DNA of 59,613 bases, the filler included, from Sphacelaria rigidula (taxonomy: Eukaryota), in assembly GCA_964200075.2 (NCBI GenBank). It is 8 parts of 8 records of this genome, joined end to end, with 100 filler letters (N's around TTAATTAATTAA, not from the genome) between each part and the next. Parts side by side here need not be neighbours in the genome. Positions count along the whole stretch, not along the records: positions 7,467 to 14,831 come from CAXNAA020015240.1; positions 14,932 to 22,296 come from CAXNAA020015241.1; positions 22,397 to 29,760 come from CAXNAA020015242.1; 5 more parts are not named here. The stretch is one strand, 5' to 3'. Of the stretch, positions 12,657-23,665 are shown piece after piece. The notes beneath the pieces are model-generated. The model had not been told where the DNA came from and ran no database searches. It worked only from the letters and a program-made list of their open reading frames with translations. Both the position numbers and the translations under genes were made by a program. Within the stretch, counting starts at the first letter, position 1; the number at the start of each line of letters is the position of its first letter.

Positions 12657-13089
12657 GTGAGATGTTGCCCGGGCTTTCTTGATACTGCTTGTAGTCATCA
12701 TCTGGCACCGTCGCTTTCTTGTCTTGTTCCACCCTGTTTGTACCCCCCACCCCCACCCTCCTTGGCTTCGTGTTGTCCCAGATCGCTATTGTGTTACTAT
12801 CGGGGGTGGTGCTAGCGCAACTCATCTGTGATAGAAACAGGAGGCTTCCGCGGTGTAAGACGCTCGCAAGTATCTCGTAAATAAATGCCTCTCCACGCAA
12901 GGGCAGAGGCTTTGGCCGAGTTGACGGTTCTCCAGAGCTGGTCTTCACAGTGAGCGATGTGTCTACAACATACCAGGAAGACCAGGGCGATGCGAAATAC
13001 CAAACACATGACAACAAAACAAACGAGGAAGCCTTCACTCACGATCACACCTCACCCTCAATCTGTTTCCCACGACCTCTTATTTTTCA

Positions 13090-13345
13090 CGAGTGGGTAT
13101 GATTGTGGTCATACGCAAGATCTTTTCCACCAAAGCCATGCGGCAAAGGCCGGCCATTCATTTCCGTTTTTTTCCCTCTTGATGTCATAGTCTACTCTGT
13201 TGTTCTGTTGTACCTTTTCCGTTTCTTCTCATTTTTTCGGCGAGTGTTTCAGTTTTGTTTTCCTCGCGCGCGTATATCATGTGACCACGGGTGGGACCCT
13301 GGGGGATCAGTTAACGCGCGACAACCATCAATCAATCAATCAATC
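13090..13345 (+). mobile_element. Probable 3' end of a non-LTR retrotransposon or SINE with an (ATCA)n tail, in the tyrosinase intron
   Basis: T-rich tract followed by CATGTGACCACGG...CAGTTAA and a terminal (ATCA)4 microsatellite tail, typical of RTE-type 3' ends. Family not confirmed. Confidence 0.4.
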
Positions 13346-14333
13346 GTAGGGATTCGTCTAGCCCGTAGGAACAAGAGACGTGATGATGTCTCAAAAGCGG
13401 TTGTTATCAGCCACGTGGCTTATGAGGCTACTGGCCAAGGGACAGCGATCCAAACCGAAGCGCGGAGATGCAGGGTGTTCGATACATTTTTGCCCGAATA
13501 ACAAATACTCCTCAGATATCTTCATCGGTTATTTCAGACTGAAAAACGAAACAGGAAACAAGAACACGTCACGTGCGCACGTGAACATTCGGCGCAAAAT
13601 GTGACCAGCTATCTGGATTCATCAAATCTGCACGGCTGCAAACAACACTCCTCTGCGAAAATGTCGGATTCACCCATGTGTCACATTCCAATTCATTTTC
13701 ACGAAAACATTGACCTGCTAAGGACTCGGAGTCCCACGCCCAAATTTTCCAATCAAACCCGTGCCGTGCACGAAACAGGGTTCATTTCACCAGCTATCTA
13801 CTAAATTCGCCCGCAATCATCGTGGAGCTGTGGAGTTCACGGGTCTCGTATCTAGCATACACCAGTACACGCCGACACGAACTTTTTCGTTTCGTACCCT
13901 TTGGCTTTTGCTATTTCTCAAGGAACGCCTCCAACCGACCACAACGCGTCAGAGAGCATCAGAGAGAAAATGTAATCATGGAGGATGGAGGGGGATGACA
14001 ACCTCCGCGAGTGTTTCCCAGTGGTCGGGGCTATGGATCGCAGTACGGGTGCAATCGCGTCCCGTGCGTTACAGACGTCGCGACATCATACGTTATTTGG
14101 TCATGAATCCGAGCGAACTGATGCAAAAAGGCAAAAGCAAAGATCATGAGTCTGCTAAGTTAAAGCGCAGGATTTACTGGTGATATCGAAGCTGAGCCCA
14201 TGAAATTTTTCCGAGAAGAAACACGACACCCACGATATTAGGCAGAACTGTCTTGCGCTTATCGCCCGCTTCTACATTTTACTCGTATCGCTGCCTTCTC
14301 CCCCCGACGCTCCCCGAAATGTGTGTGTGGCAG

Positions 14334-14554
14334 CCACTACATACTCCTGTCAGGGGACGTTTCGCCTATGTCCCCGTGCTGAGCAACGCCTCCTTCTATT
14401 CGTACGTGTTCAACTCGTACGGACTCTTGCGAGCGCCTTGGAACTCGGACGATAGCACCTTCATTTCCCGACACGATCACTCTTTTGGATTTATAAACGA
14501 CAAACAGCCCGCCCGATGTTCTGTGTATCAAGAGACAGTCAGAGAGACCCGCTG
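14334..14554 (+). CDS. Tyrosinase-like gene, next internal exon
   Basis: cag|...|gtgag exon in phase with the previous one, translating PLHTPVRGRFAYVPV...NSYGLLRAPWN... Confidence 0.75.
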
Positions 14555-17500
14555 GTGAGAAGCCGTCTCTGGGGCTGGCTCTGGCGGTTTCCGGTGCTTG
14601 CTTCGACATACTCTTGTAATTTTTATGTGGCACATTGAACGCGATACCCTCTTCTTTCTCTTCTTTCTTTATTCGCCGTCGCATTTCAAACCCCTCTCCT
14701 TTCTCGGGACGGGTCCGTGGTTTGATGGTCTCAGTAGATCAACTCCCCCCCCCCGCGCTTGGTGATCGAATGAAAGCCTTGTCCGGCGAGAACCCGGCGT
14801 GCTCCGTCCCGGCTTTGGAGGGGCGGGCCCCNNNNNNNNNNNNNNNNNNNNNNNNNNNNNNNNNNNNNNNNNNNNTTAATTAATTAANNNNNNNNNNNNN
14901 NNNNNNNNNNNNNNNNNNNNNNNNNNNNNNNTTAGCGAGTTGTTCAAGAGCTCCGTGATCTGTATAGATGTGGAAAGGCACGTGGAACAAGTACTGTCGA
15001 AGCCTTTTAATAGCCCAAGTTATGACTCCCGCCTTCGAGTTCGAGTGGACTCCAGTTTGCCTCGTTCGGGAGGGTTGCGCGGCTGATGTACAAAATAGAT
15101 CGGACAGAGCCCTCCAGTTGAGGCTGATTGAAAACGGCGCCGAACCCATCTGTGCTAGCATCGGTGTGTAGTTGGAAAAGGCGTGAGCTGTCTTGTACCG
15201 CATCTCAATCCGGAAAAAAAAGAACCGGTGTTTCGGTCAGTGCTTTGAGCAGTTCGCGACGGTGGCTTACATGTCTTTAGTGAAGACAAACGGGACGTTT
15301 TTCTTCAATAAATCTGTGATGAGCCGGACCCGCTTGGACAAATTGGGCAAAAAATTGCGATAATATGAAAGTCCGCCCAACAGCGAGCGAAGCTGCGAAA
15401 TATTGGTGGGCGTGGGCATATCAGTCAGAACCTCAACTTTGTTCGTGTCTGGGTGCAATCCAGCAGGAGAGATAGAGTGTCCCAAAAAATCCAATTCAGT
15501 GGCTCCGCGTCGAGCTTTGGATGGAGACAATTTTAAGTCGTGTGTATGCAAGCGGGAGAGGAATTCCCATAGAGTGCGAACATGCGCCTTGGGAGAGGCA
15601 TCAAAAGCGATAGCATCGTCTAGATACATGATAACATGCTCGAGACCGTCAGTAACGCGTTGCATGAGGCGTTGAAAGCAGCCAGGAGCGGTGGCAGCGC
15701 CTTGTGGCATACGAAGCCATTCACAAAGCCCTGAAGATCTGCAGAACGCTGTCGAGGGAACTGTATCGGGGTGAATTGCATTTTGGAGAAATCCAGATGC
15801 CAGATCGAAAGTGCTGAATATTTTCCCTTCGCCGAGAGAGTCGAAGACTTCGTCGATGAGAGGTGTCGGGAGTTTTCCCACGATGGTGACGCGATTCAGC
15901 CGTTTGTAATTCATGGTGATGCGTATGTTGCCATCTTTTGGGGGGACAACCACGAGAGTTGAGGCCCATGGCGAAGACGAGTGTTGAATCAGACCAGCTC
16001 CTAAGTATGCATCCAAAATAGCATTGACTTTTTTGGTGAGGAGGGGATTCGTTCGATATGATCGAGATGAGATTGGTGAAACGCCAGGTTGCAGTGTTAT
16101 CTCGAATGGCAATGTTTTACAATGCCCGAGATCCGTCTTGAATCGGGAAAATCTATCCTGATATTCCAGGAGAACATCTTGTAGCTCTTGGATGACGGCG
16201 GGCTCCCAGCCCGGACCATGTAGGTCAAAATGAACATAACGCACATGAGGTGGAAGTTGGTGCCACATTTGCAGGAAGTGTTTCCGAGACTCGACCGATA
16301 AGCGTTGAAGCACTTCACCGGGAGGTTCAGCAGGAGGTCGGTCGGATTCTACCGCAGAAATCCGAGTCGGGGGTGAGGCGGATAGATTGAAGTATGGCTC
16401 ATCAACGCAGTGAACAAAACCATCAGTCAGCGGCGTGAGATCAGGCGCCGGAGGGTCGGCTACACAGGTTTCCAGAGAAATGTGCATAAGAGGAGCCGCG
16501 GCGATGCCCAAGACATCGCCAGATTCCAAATTAGCATGGCCTGTGAGAGGCAGGAGTTGTTCGCCGTCCGAGACAAAATGCTCAGTGCCAGCGGGCGCGC
16601 CAACTTTAGGCAGCAATTCCGCAAGGTAGTGGCCGGTGAGGGCAGGCATACCGTTGCGGCGAACAAGCAAAACTTCCAAGAGTTGAGGCTCGTCGGAAAG
16701 AGTGACGCCAGAACTGCCATTGTACCGAAGATGGTAAGCCGCTCCGGTAGCCTTCTCATTTTGTTTTAGGCGAAGGCACGATTGAGGGTACCAAAGTGTT
16801 CCAGTTGGAGTTCCCCACGAGGCGCCGACTGAGGCGATAATCGTGGGGGGGTGCGGTACGTACGGTGGTCGAACCGCATGTAGCTATCTCTGTCAAGAAG
16901 GAGAGCATGATGCATGGTTCTATCCGGGACGATGTGAGCCCAGACTGCGAAACTAGCCGAACGTGCATCATTGTGGGAAAATTGTACACTAAGACGAACA
17001 GATTTTCGTGACGTCAAGGATCTTTTGGAGTCGCCGAAACCGCCCCAAACGCGAGGTTGAGTGATGATTTCGCAGACATCGGAAGCAGCGCTAGTCTGCT
17101 TCATATGATTCCACATGGATTCGGTGATGAATGTCTGTGGACTACCGCTGTCTAACAACGAGACGCACTTGGCGCGCGCGGTGGCTCAAGGGCCGCAGTG
17201 TAATGCTACGCGGGTAGTGAAGGTGGCAGGATCAATGGACACTTTACCACCGACGAGGTCAGGGCCATGTTCAGATAGCGTGAATTGGTCAGGATTAGTT
17301 GGACTGACCGTGAAAACGGATGGCGGGTGATCCGCGGGGGGTTCAAAGGTATCGGTAGACAGCGCGGGGGCCTGATCTAATCGTGAAGGGCAGCGTGAAT
17401 CAGGGTTTTGATCAACCTCGTAGATGGCTGGCTTGGAAGTACAAGGGTCATCATGAAATAGATTGCTGCGAAGTGCTACGAGGGTCCTCGGTGGAGGATG

Positions 17501-19455
17501 CGGTACCGCCTGAAAGGTCCGATTTGGATTCCTCTTGGATGCCTGGCAATGTCATCGAGCTCAAAGTCGCCGCTTTTTGGGGACAATGGGGTCGGAAATT
17601 TCCGCTGACGGGAGGGGGGCGTGTCAATGCTCGCGCTTCCTTGGGTGCATGACGACGAGGCTTTCTCTCGTGCTGTGACAAATGGCTGGGAACTTCCAAG
17701 ATTTCTTGGGAAATTACAACTGCGTCCAGTTGAGGTGATGTTGTCGACATCGGGGCATGCTCGGCCGAAACTTGTGGACTGTCCGCTGGCAAGCTCAGTA
17801 CAAAGGGCACTGCTAAATGTGAAAGGGGACGAGTGTTGTCGGCAGTATGGCGGGGTAGTTTCGCAGTAGAAGAGTGGTGCGAAAACGACTACGATCAGGC
17901 TGGGTAGGAGTCGAAGGGTTCGAAGTGGTCAGTTTCGATCCATCAACACCAGAACCAGGTGAAGGAAGTCTGCTACAACCGGTGCGTGCGGTCGTTGAGG
18001 GAAGCCTGTGCCTCAAGGGCCCGCGGTCAGTCTTCCCACACCTCAGATTTATGCTTACTTCCGGGGGACCAAGTCTGGAGCCAAGCATAGAGCTGGGTTG
18101 TGAGTCACAACAACGGTTACGCTGTGTGTATGAAGATAAAGACGGGGGTCGAGAAGAACGGCCGTCATCAGATCTCCTACATAGTGTTGGGTGAGAATGT
18201 TTCGTCACCCGAGTGTGTGTTGGATGAGTCTTCGATGTTGCTATCGGCGGCGCCGAAGACTTCACGCCGTCGTCGGCGTGTCATGGATCGTTGCGATCTG
18301 TCATGAAAGAACCAGGGTTTCTGGCATTGGGGTTGAAGTTGTCGTGAGTCGGCCCCGTTCGCTGGTGATGACCATGCGAAGACTGAGAAGGGCGGAAATA
18401 ACGATCTCTATGACGACTACCTGAGACGGTGTTGGTGGTGTGGCGGCGGTCGCGATTTGAGCGAGAGTCGCTATGATTGTGGTAAGGCTGGCGATGGTGG
18501 TGAGAAGGTGGGCGATACTCTCTCGCATGCGTTTTTTCCATCGGCGCCACGCCTGCCTGTTGCTCTGAAGTTCAGGGTTCATGAGCGAAAAATTATTGAT
18601 GCAAGGTTTAGGGCAGTCACGCATACTGTGGCCAGTACCATTGCAGATGATTCATGTGTTAGCATGGCGACGAAAAGCATCCTTGCGAGCCGAAGGCGAA
18701 AGCAAGGGGGTCCACAAATGTGGGTCATCGGTGATGAAAGCAGTTGTGGAAACGACATAAACGTCATCAAAAGTGTCTGCCGAAAAAGGCCAAGCGTCGA
18801 AGCTTGCACGGAACGGGTCTTTTTCTTTAAACAGACATGACCGATCCACCGACAGAGTTGGGTGTCCAATTATTACTGGAAAAAGTCTGAGTGCGTCCAC
18901 GAGACCCGGAGGTACTCGTGGATGCGGAACGCAGGGTCTGCGAAGACCCAGAAGAACACTGTGTGCCACGAATAGCAGGCGTTAAATTATGTGCTTGATC
19001 TACAAACGCATTCCACATCGCGTCTACGGAAGCGTGAGGCACCTCTTCGTGCGCCAAAGCGCCCGGAAATATAGACGGCATCAGCGTCGGAAACTACTGA
19101 GCGATGCTATTGCGAACATACGTCTGATACGTAGCATCACTAGGGCCATTCTGTCGGGCAGTACCAGTTACACTAGACACCAAAAGCTTGAATTCGCTTA
19201 GATAGTCAGCAAAGGGCACGTCTGTTGCCACGGCGAAGGAACTGAGGTCCTTGATGGCGCCTGCCTGATCAGGCTTATCAAAATAACTTATGATGCGCCT
19301 TTCCCAATATCCGAATAATAGCGGCGCTGTTTGCCCGCCGGCACAATCTTGATCCATTGCGGCGAAGAAAAGGAGTCGAGAATCTGTGTCAAAGAAGCAA
19401 CGACGTCAGGGGAGCGACGACTGATTGAGCGGTGCAAAGCCTGAGGCAGCTGTGT

Positions 19456-22185
19456 TTACCATCCATCAATCCAGTCAGAGTCTTCGATACGTTGTTGACC
19501 AGTTGCATCGGCCAACTCAAGGATGTTGCGCATCGTTCGACGCATTGAGGAAATGAGAGCGGACGTAAACTGACCAGAATCCTCATTGTCTGCAGCAGGC
19601 ATGGTTTTGATATGCCAGAGTTTCTTTACATCCATCTGTAAGTACTCACGCTTGATTGCAGCGACACGAGACGCTTCTCTACGAGTATCGGAAGCGACTT
19701 TATCAGCGGTAGCTTGTTGTTTGGCTGCTGCGGCGGCAGCTAGTGACCGAGCCGAGTTTGAAGACAATGGGCGAGCCCAATTGTCACCATCACTATCCGA
19801 GAGACCTAAAAGGCGAGCAGACGCAGCTGCTGAAGGAGGCGTTACTTGCCTGACGGCCGGTGAGGGCCGCACGGATCGCGCTGAGGCGTGGTGGCGGTGC
19901 CTGGCAGTCGATGAAGTAGAGGGCTGATTACCGGACCGTTTGTGGCTGCCCCGGGTTGTGCGTTGACCGTTGTTGTTGCGGAGGGTCCGTTGACCACGGC
20001 GTGGTGCGGCCCCGGAAGGGTCGTCGTGAGAGTCTCCATCATCACGACGGTGGCGAGGGGGGTGGGGTGTGATCCAGGCCCCATCATCGTCGGGCGGCAG
20101 CGTGTTGTGGGTTGCCCGCATAGCAGCGAAGAGGGCGTCGACGGCGGTCTCATAAGCGGGGCGGCGACTGTCCCCGGTACCAATTGTAAGGTAGAGGACA
20201 ATTCGTTCAATGGTGAGAGCTCCCGGGTCGTTGTGCGGCAGCTGTCCCCCTTGCTGAAGGAAGGGGACGATCACACTATTTATGGGCAGAGTTAGTGAGC
20301 GCCAAGCCTGCTCAGAGGCGCGGAGAACATTGTTGCGGTTATACTTCCCTGAAAGTTGGCGTAGCGTCCAAGAAAGCCAACAACGTTCGCTGCCCTGAAG
20401 GCGGAGCCAAGGTGTGGGGGCAGGGGGCGCCGAGGCCTGAGGGACCTGCGGTGGTGCAGGCGGGGTGCGCGTAAGCGAGGCCGTAGAAGCGGCAGCAGCA
20501 GCGTATGGGCGCGAGGGCCGACGGTTCTCCGCAGAGCCTGGATGTGCAGAGGTAGGTGTAGGCGCTGACGCGGTCGGCGTTGTCCTCAGAAGAGGAAGGT
20601 GTCGCTCCTGTTCCAAAGATCGGAGAGCCGAGGTGGCGGTGGCCGTGGCCGCGGTGTATTGGCGCAGGCGGTGTTCATCGCGCCCGATGGTGTCGCGCAT
20701 GTTGTCAAAGGCCGCGAGACGCTCATTCAGAGTCTCCTGGGCCGCCTGCTGGCGGCTGGTTGCCGAGTCGACGGTTCGACGTTGGCGCGTGAGACGTGCC
20801 GTGAGGTCGTCATGAAGGAGACGGTGGGCAGCGTCGTCCGCCGTTTGGCGGGGCGAGGGTGGCGCAGGGTGCGTGGCCGGTTGCATGGCGCGGTATTCCC
20901 CGAGGATTTGTTCTTGATCGGAGCGGGGACCTCGCAACCAGAGCCGAGGCAGGAGGTCCGGCGGGCAATGCTCGACGCCCAACAGGGGGCGGTCGTTCGT
21001 GATAGATCCGGGGGCAGGCGCCGGAGCCGAGCCCGTGGCAGTAGAAGCCTGCGGCGAAGTGGCCGATTCCTTATCAGTGGCCGTGATGGGGGTGTCATCC
21101 GCGGCCGCCGCGGCGGGAGCGGCAGTCGCCGCCGCGCTGGGGGCGGGGAGCGTGACACGGGTGCTTTCCGCATCTGTGTCGATGTCTGCAGCCGCAGGAG
21201 CTGGAGTGGCCGCGATAGGAGAGGTGGTGGAAGGTGCCTGGGTGTGAGCTCTTGTTGAAGCAGATCGCAGGTATCGACGAAGATCTGCAATTTGTCGTTC
21301 CACCGCACGTACAGTGGCAGCATCAGGGTAGGGCGGAAGGGCACGGTTAGTGCTGCGCCCGTTTCGCAAAGATGCGGGAATGTCAATCAACGAGGCATCT
21401 ATGGACAATCGTGAACTCACATGGGTCCGATCGACAGATTTAGGTCGTGAGGATCCCGAGGTCGATGATAATCGCGATAGCAATGCACGTACATCATGAA
21501 CATGAGTGGTATGATCACCATGGTGGATAGTGGCATCACCATCCATATCCAAATCAAAGGGAACATCTGAGGTTGAACGTTCGTCATCATGGGCTGCAGC
21601 CGCTGGTACAGAGGCCTGATGATTCACATTACTGTCAAAGTGAACATGATCTGAGGGCGTTGAATGTTGAACGGCTGTGTGAAACGCGGCCGCAAGCGCT
21701 TGTGAAAGGGGAGTTGTCGCCGGACCGTCAGAAATGACAGCCGGTGATGAACGAAGCAAGTGCTCAAGAGCCGTTACTAAAGGCAAGTGCCCTGTGGAAA
21801 GCTCTTCGGAGCGGCCAAGACGCGAGGAGGATGTTTGGCGCGAGGGCTGGTAAACAGAAGTGTCCTTACGATACATGTCGTATCGTCGCGGGCGCTGTAA
21901 GGCATCGGAACCCTTGTGCGACGTACCGAAAACGTCGGAAGGCATGGAGGGGTGCCGTTCTTCAACACCGCGAGCGCGAGGTGAGCCAATAACCGCGGTA
22001 GAAGCCTGAAGCGGTTTGCGTTTCACATTTGTGGCAACGCGTGGCGACTCGTCAGACATGTTGGAACCCCGAAACGGAGCATGTTGAACAACAGAGCGAG
22101 CGCGTAGCGACTCGTCGATCATATCGGGAGTCTTGAGCGGTGTGCGTTTCGCAACAGAGCGAGCGCGGAGCGACTCGTTGACCAT
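19456..22185 (-). CDS. Long Gag-like polyprotein N-terminal region (Ala/Thr/Pro-rich, coiled coil, 21-aa repeats)
   Basis: Open frame of more than 900 codons immediately downstream of the PBS; first ATG at 22185. Confidence 0.65.
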   Translation of the reverse strand: MVNESLRARSVAKRTPLKTPDMIDESLRARSVVQHAPFRGSNMSDESPRVATNVKRKPLQASTAVIGSPRARGVEERHPSMPSDVFGTSHKGSDALQRPRRYDMYRKDTSVYQPSRQTSSSRLGRSEELSTGHLPLVTALEHLLRSSPAVISDGPATTPLSQALAAAFHTAVQHSTPSDHVHFDSNVNHQASVPAAAAHDDERSTSDVPFDLDMDGDATIHHGDHTTHVHDVRALLSRLSSTSGSSRPKSVDRTHVSSRLSIDASLIDIPASLRNGRSTNRALPPYPDAATVRAVERQIADLRRYLRSASTRAHTQAPSTTSPIAATPAPAAADIDTDAESTRVTLPAPSAAATAAPAAAAADDTPITATDKESATSPQASTATGSAPAPAPGSITNDRPLLGVEHCPPDLLPRLWLRGPRSDQEQILGEYRAMQPATHPAPPSPRQTADDAAHRLLHDDLTARLTRQRRTVDSATSRQQAAQETLNERLAAFDNMRDTIGRDEHRLRQYTAATATATSALRSLEQERHLPLLRTTPTASAPTPTSAHPGSAENRRPSRPYAAAAASTASLTRTPPAPPQVPQASAPPAPTPWLRLQGSERCWLSWTLRQLSGKYNRNNVLRASEQAWRSLTLPINSVIVPFLQQGGQLPHNDPGALTIERIVLYLTIGTGDSRRPAYETAVDALFAAMRATHNTLPPDDDGAWITPHPPRHRRDDGDSHDDPSGAAPRRGQRTLRNNNGQRTTRGSHKRSGNQPSTSSTARHRHHASARSVRPSPAVRQVTPPSAAASARLLGLSDSDGDNWARPLSSNSARSLAAAAAAKQQATADKVASDTRREASRVAAIKREYLQMDVKKLWHIKTMPAADNEDSGQFTSALISSMRRTMRNILELADATGQQRIEDSDWIDGW

Positions 22186-22209
22186 GTTGGAAGTCTTGGA
22201 CAAATGGCG

Positions 22210-22222
22210 GTCGTGGTCACCA
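22210..22222 (-). promoter_or_regulatory. Primer-binding site TGGTGACCACGAC
   Basis: The TGG motif starts within 2-3 nt of the point where identity to the 7467-7533 LTR copy ends. Confidence 0.65.
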
Positions 22223-22821
22223 GTAAACAACAAATTGTGAGAATTGAGGTTTAACTTCGAGATGAGGCTCAAGCCTAAAACAGTGCTTTCCCCACANNNN
22301 NNNNNNNNNNNNNNNNNNNNNNNNNNNNNNNNNNNNNNNNTTAATTAATTAANNNNNNNNNNNNNNNNNNNNNNNNNNNNNNNNNNNNNNNNNNNNCCTT
22401 CGGCATCAGGACGGCAGTCTCCCCCCGTAGGTCTCTGACTACTCTAGCGATACGCCTTCCTTACACATGGGTTGTTTCCCGAAGGCTGACCAAGACTTAC
22501 TCTGTTCTTGCAATGGGAACTCGTGAATTTCTCTGTACTGTGCTTTGGAGACACCTTCGATCATTCGGTTTCCTACTGTTCCTGGATCTATCACTTCCAT
22601 CAATCTCACATATCTCCACGCCGTGCTCGGTCTTTTCCAGAAAGCCTTCTGCATTTTCGTCTTCAAATCGTCGCCTGCCAGGCCACGGGAGACGGCACCT
22701 CCTGAGCGAAACGAATGCATAGAGAACGGGCACTTGATTCCAGCATCCTTGCCTCGTTGTCTGAGTGCCGCCGTCATCTGGGCTGTCGGCATTGGTGTCG
22801 AACCGCGTTTCGGGGTTGCTA

Positions 22822-23665
22822 CGAGCTGGGCCAGCCTAAACACGGATTCCAGCTCTAAAAGCAGTATATCATCGACACAAACGAGTTGGGCCGTGATCCG
22901 CATATCGTATTACTCGTCTAACCAAGGGGAAGGTGCCCATCTGCTCAAAAGTTTGGGCCTACATTTTCTCGTTGATTAAACCGTATGTCTAGAAATTACT
23001 ATACCTAAGGGAGATAGCGCCAATACTAAAATCTCGATGAAAATCCCGATCGATGCATTTAGCGGATGACGACGAATTTTGGCGTGGAGAACCACAAAAG
23101 AGTGCCGAATAAAAAAAACAAATTGGCCTTCATTTTTTTTTTCATAGAGGTTAGGGCGTTCTCGTGAAAAAATGGTCGTTACCATAGTAGAACGCCCTAA
23201 ACCAGTGAAAAAAATAAATAAAGCAACTGACCCACTTTACTCTGGTAATTATGTCTTAGAGAGCGCCCACACAAGATTTCAATACACGAAAACCAAATAT
23301 GGGCCGGTGAGTGGCCTGCGAAATACTGTTCCGAATTTCTACCGACCCGGTTTTCTAAAGGCCCATGCTCCCGCCAATATTTAGAGCTGGACCCTGAAAT
23401 TTGGTATGGACAATGCACAGGGTATGAAGAAAAAAATTACAGCGGCACCATTTTTTTTTCATGAGTTAACGGCAATAATCAGTTTTCAGGTATCAGTAAA
23501 ATGCCCTTAACTCATGAAAAAATGAAATAAAAACTTTTGGTGCCGCTGTAATTTTTTTTTCAGGCCCTATGCATTGTCCATACCAAGTTTCAGGGTCCAA
23601 CTCTGAATATTGGCGGGAGCATGGGCCTGCAGCCTTCAAATCCGCCTCTAGGCTGACCCAGCTCG
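22822..23665. mobile_element. Tc1/mariner-type MITE with TA target-site duplication
   Basis: TIRs CGAGCTGGGCCAGCCTA / TAGGCTGACCCAGCTCG flanked by TA on both sides. Excision restores the host YR frame. Confidence 0.85.
23359..23628. repeat. ~270-bp foldback (long inverted repeat) inside the MITE
   Basis: AGGCCCATGCTCCCGCCAATATT...GCGGCACCA mirrors TGGTGCCGC...AATATTGGCGGGAGCATGGGCCT. Inner ATGAGTTAA/TTAACTCAT also pair. Confidence 0.9.

Larger units (their letters stand above)
14932..22296 (-). mobile_element. Ty3/Gypsy LTR retrotransposon, 5' part (LTR end, PBS, very long gag, protease, RT, RNase H), degenerate
   Basis: Gag ORF 19456..22272. Zinc knuckle (C/stop)IICNGTGHSMRDC near 18612-18653. 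Protease LDSGSPQTFI (16766..17158). RT 15267..16679 (SSSPWAS, DLASGF, MPQG, YLDD). RNase H remnants to 14932 (WAIKRLRQYL, YTDH). Confidence 0.93.

Noticed and set aside
19586-21386. Overlapping plus-strand and alternative-frame ORFs
   Set aside because: Shadow ORFs of the GC-rich gag frame.
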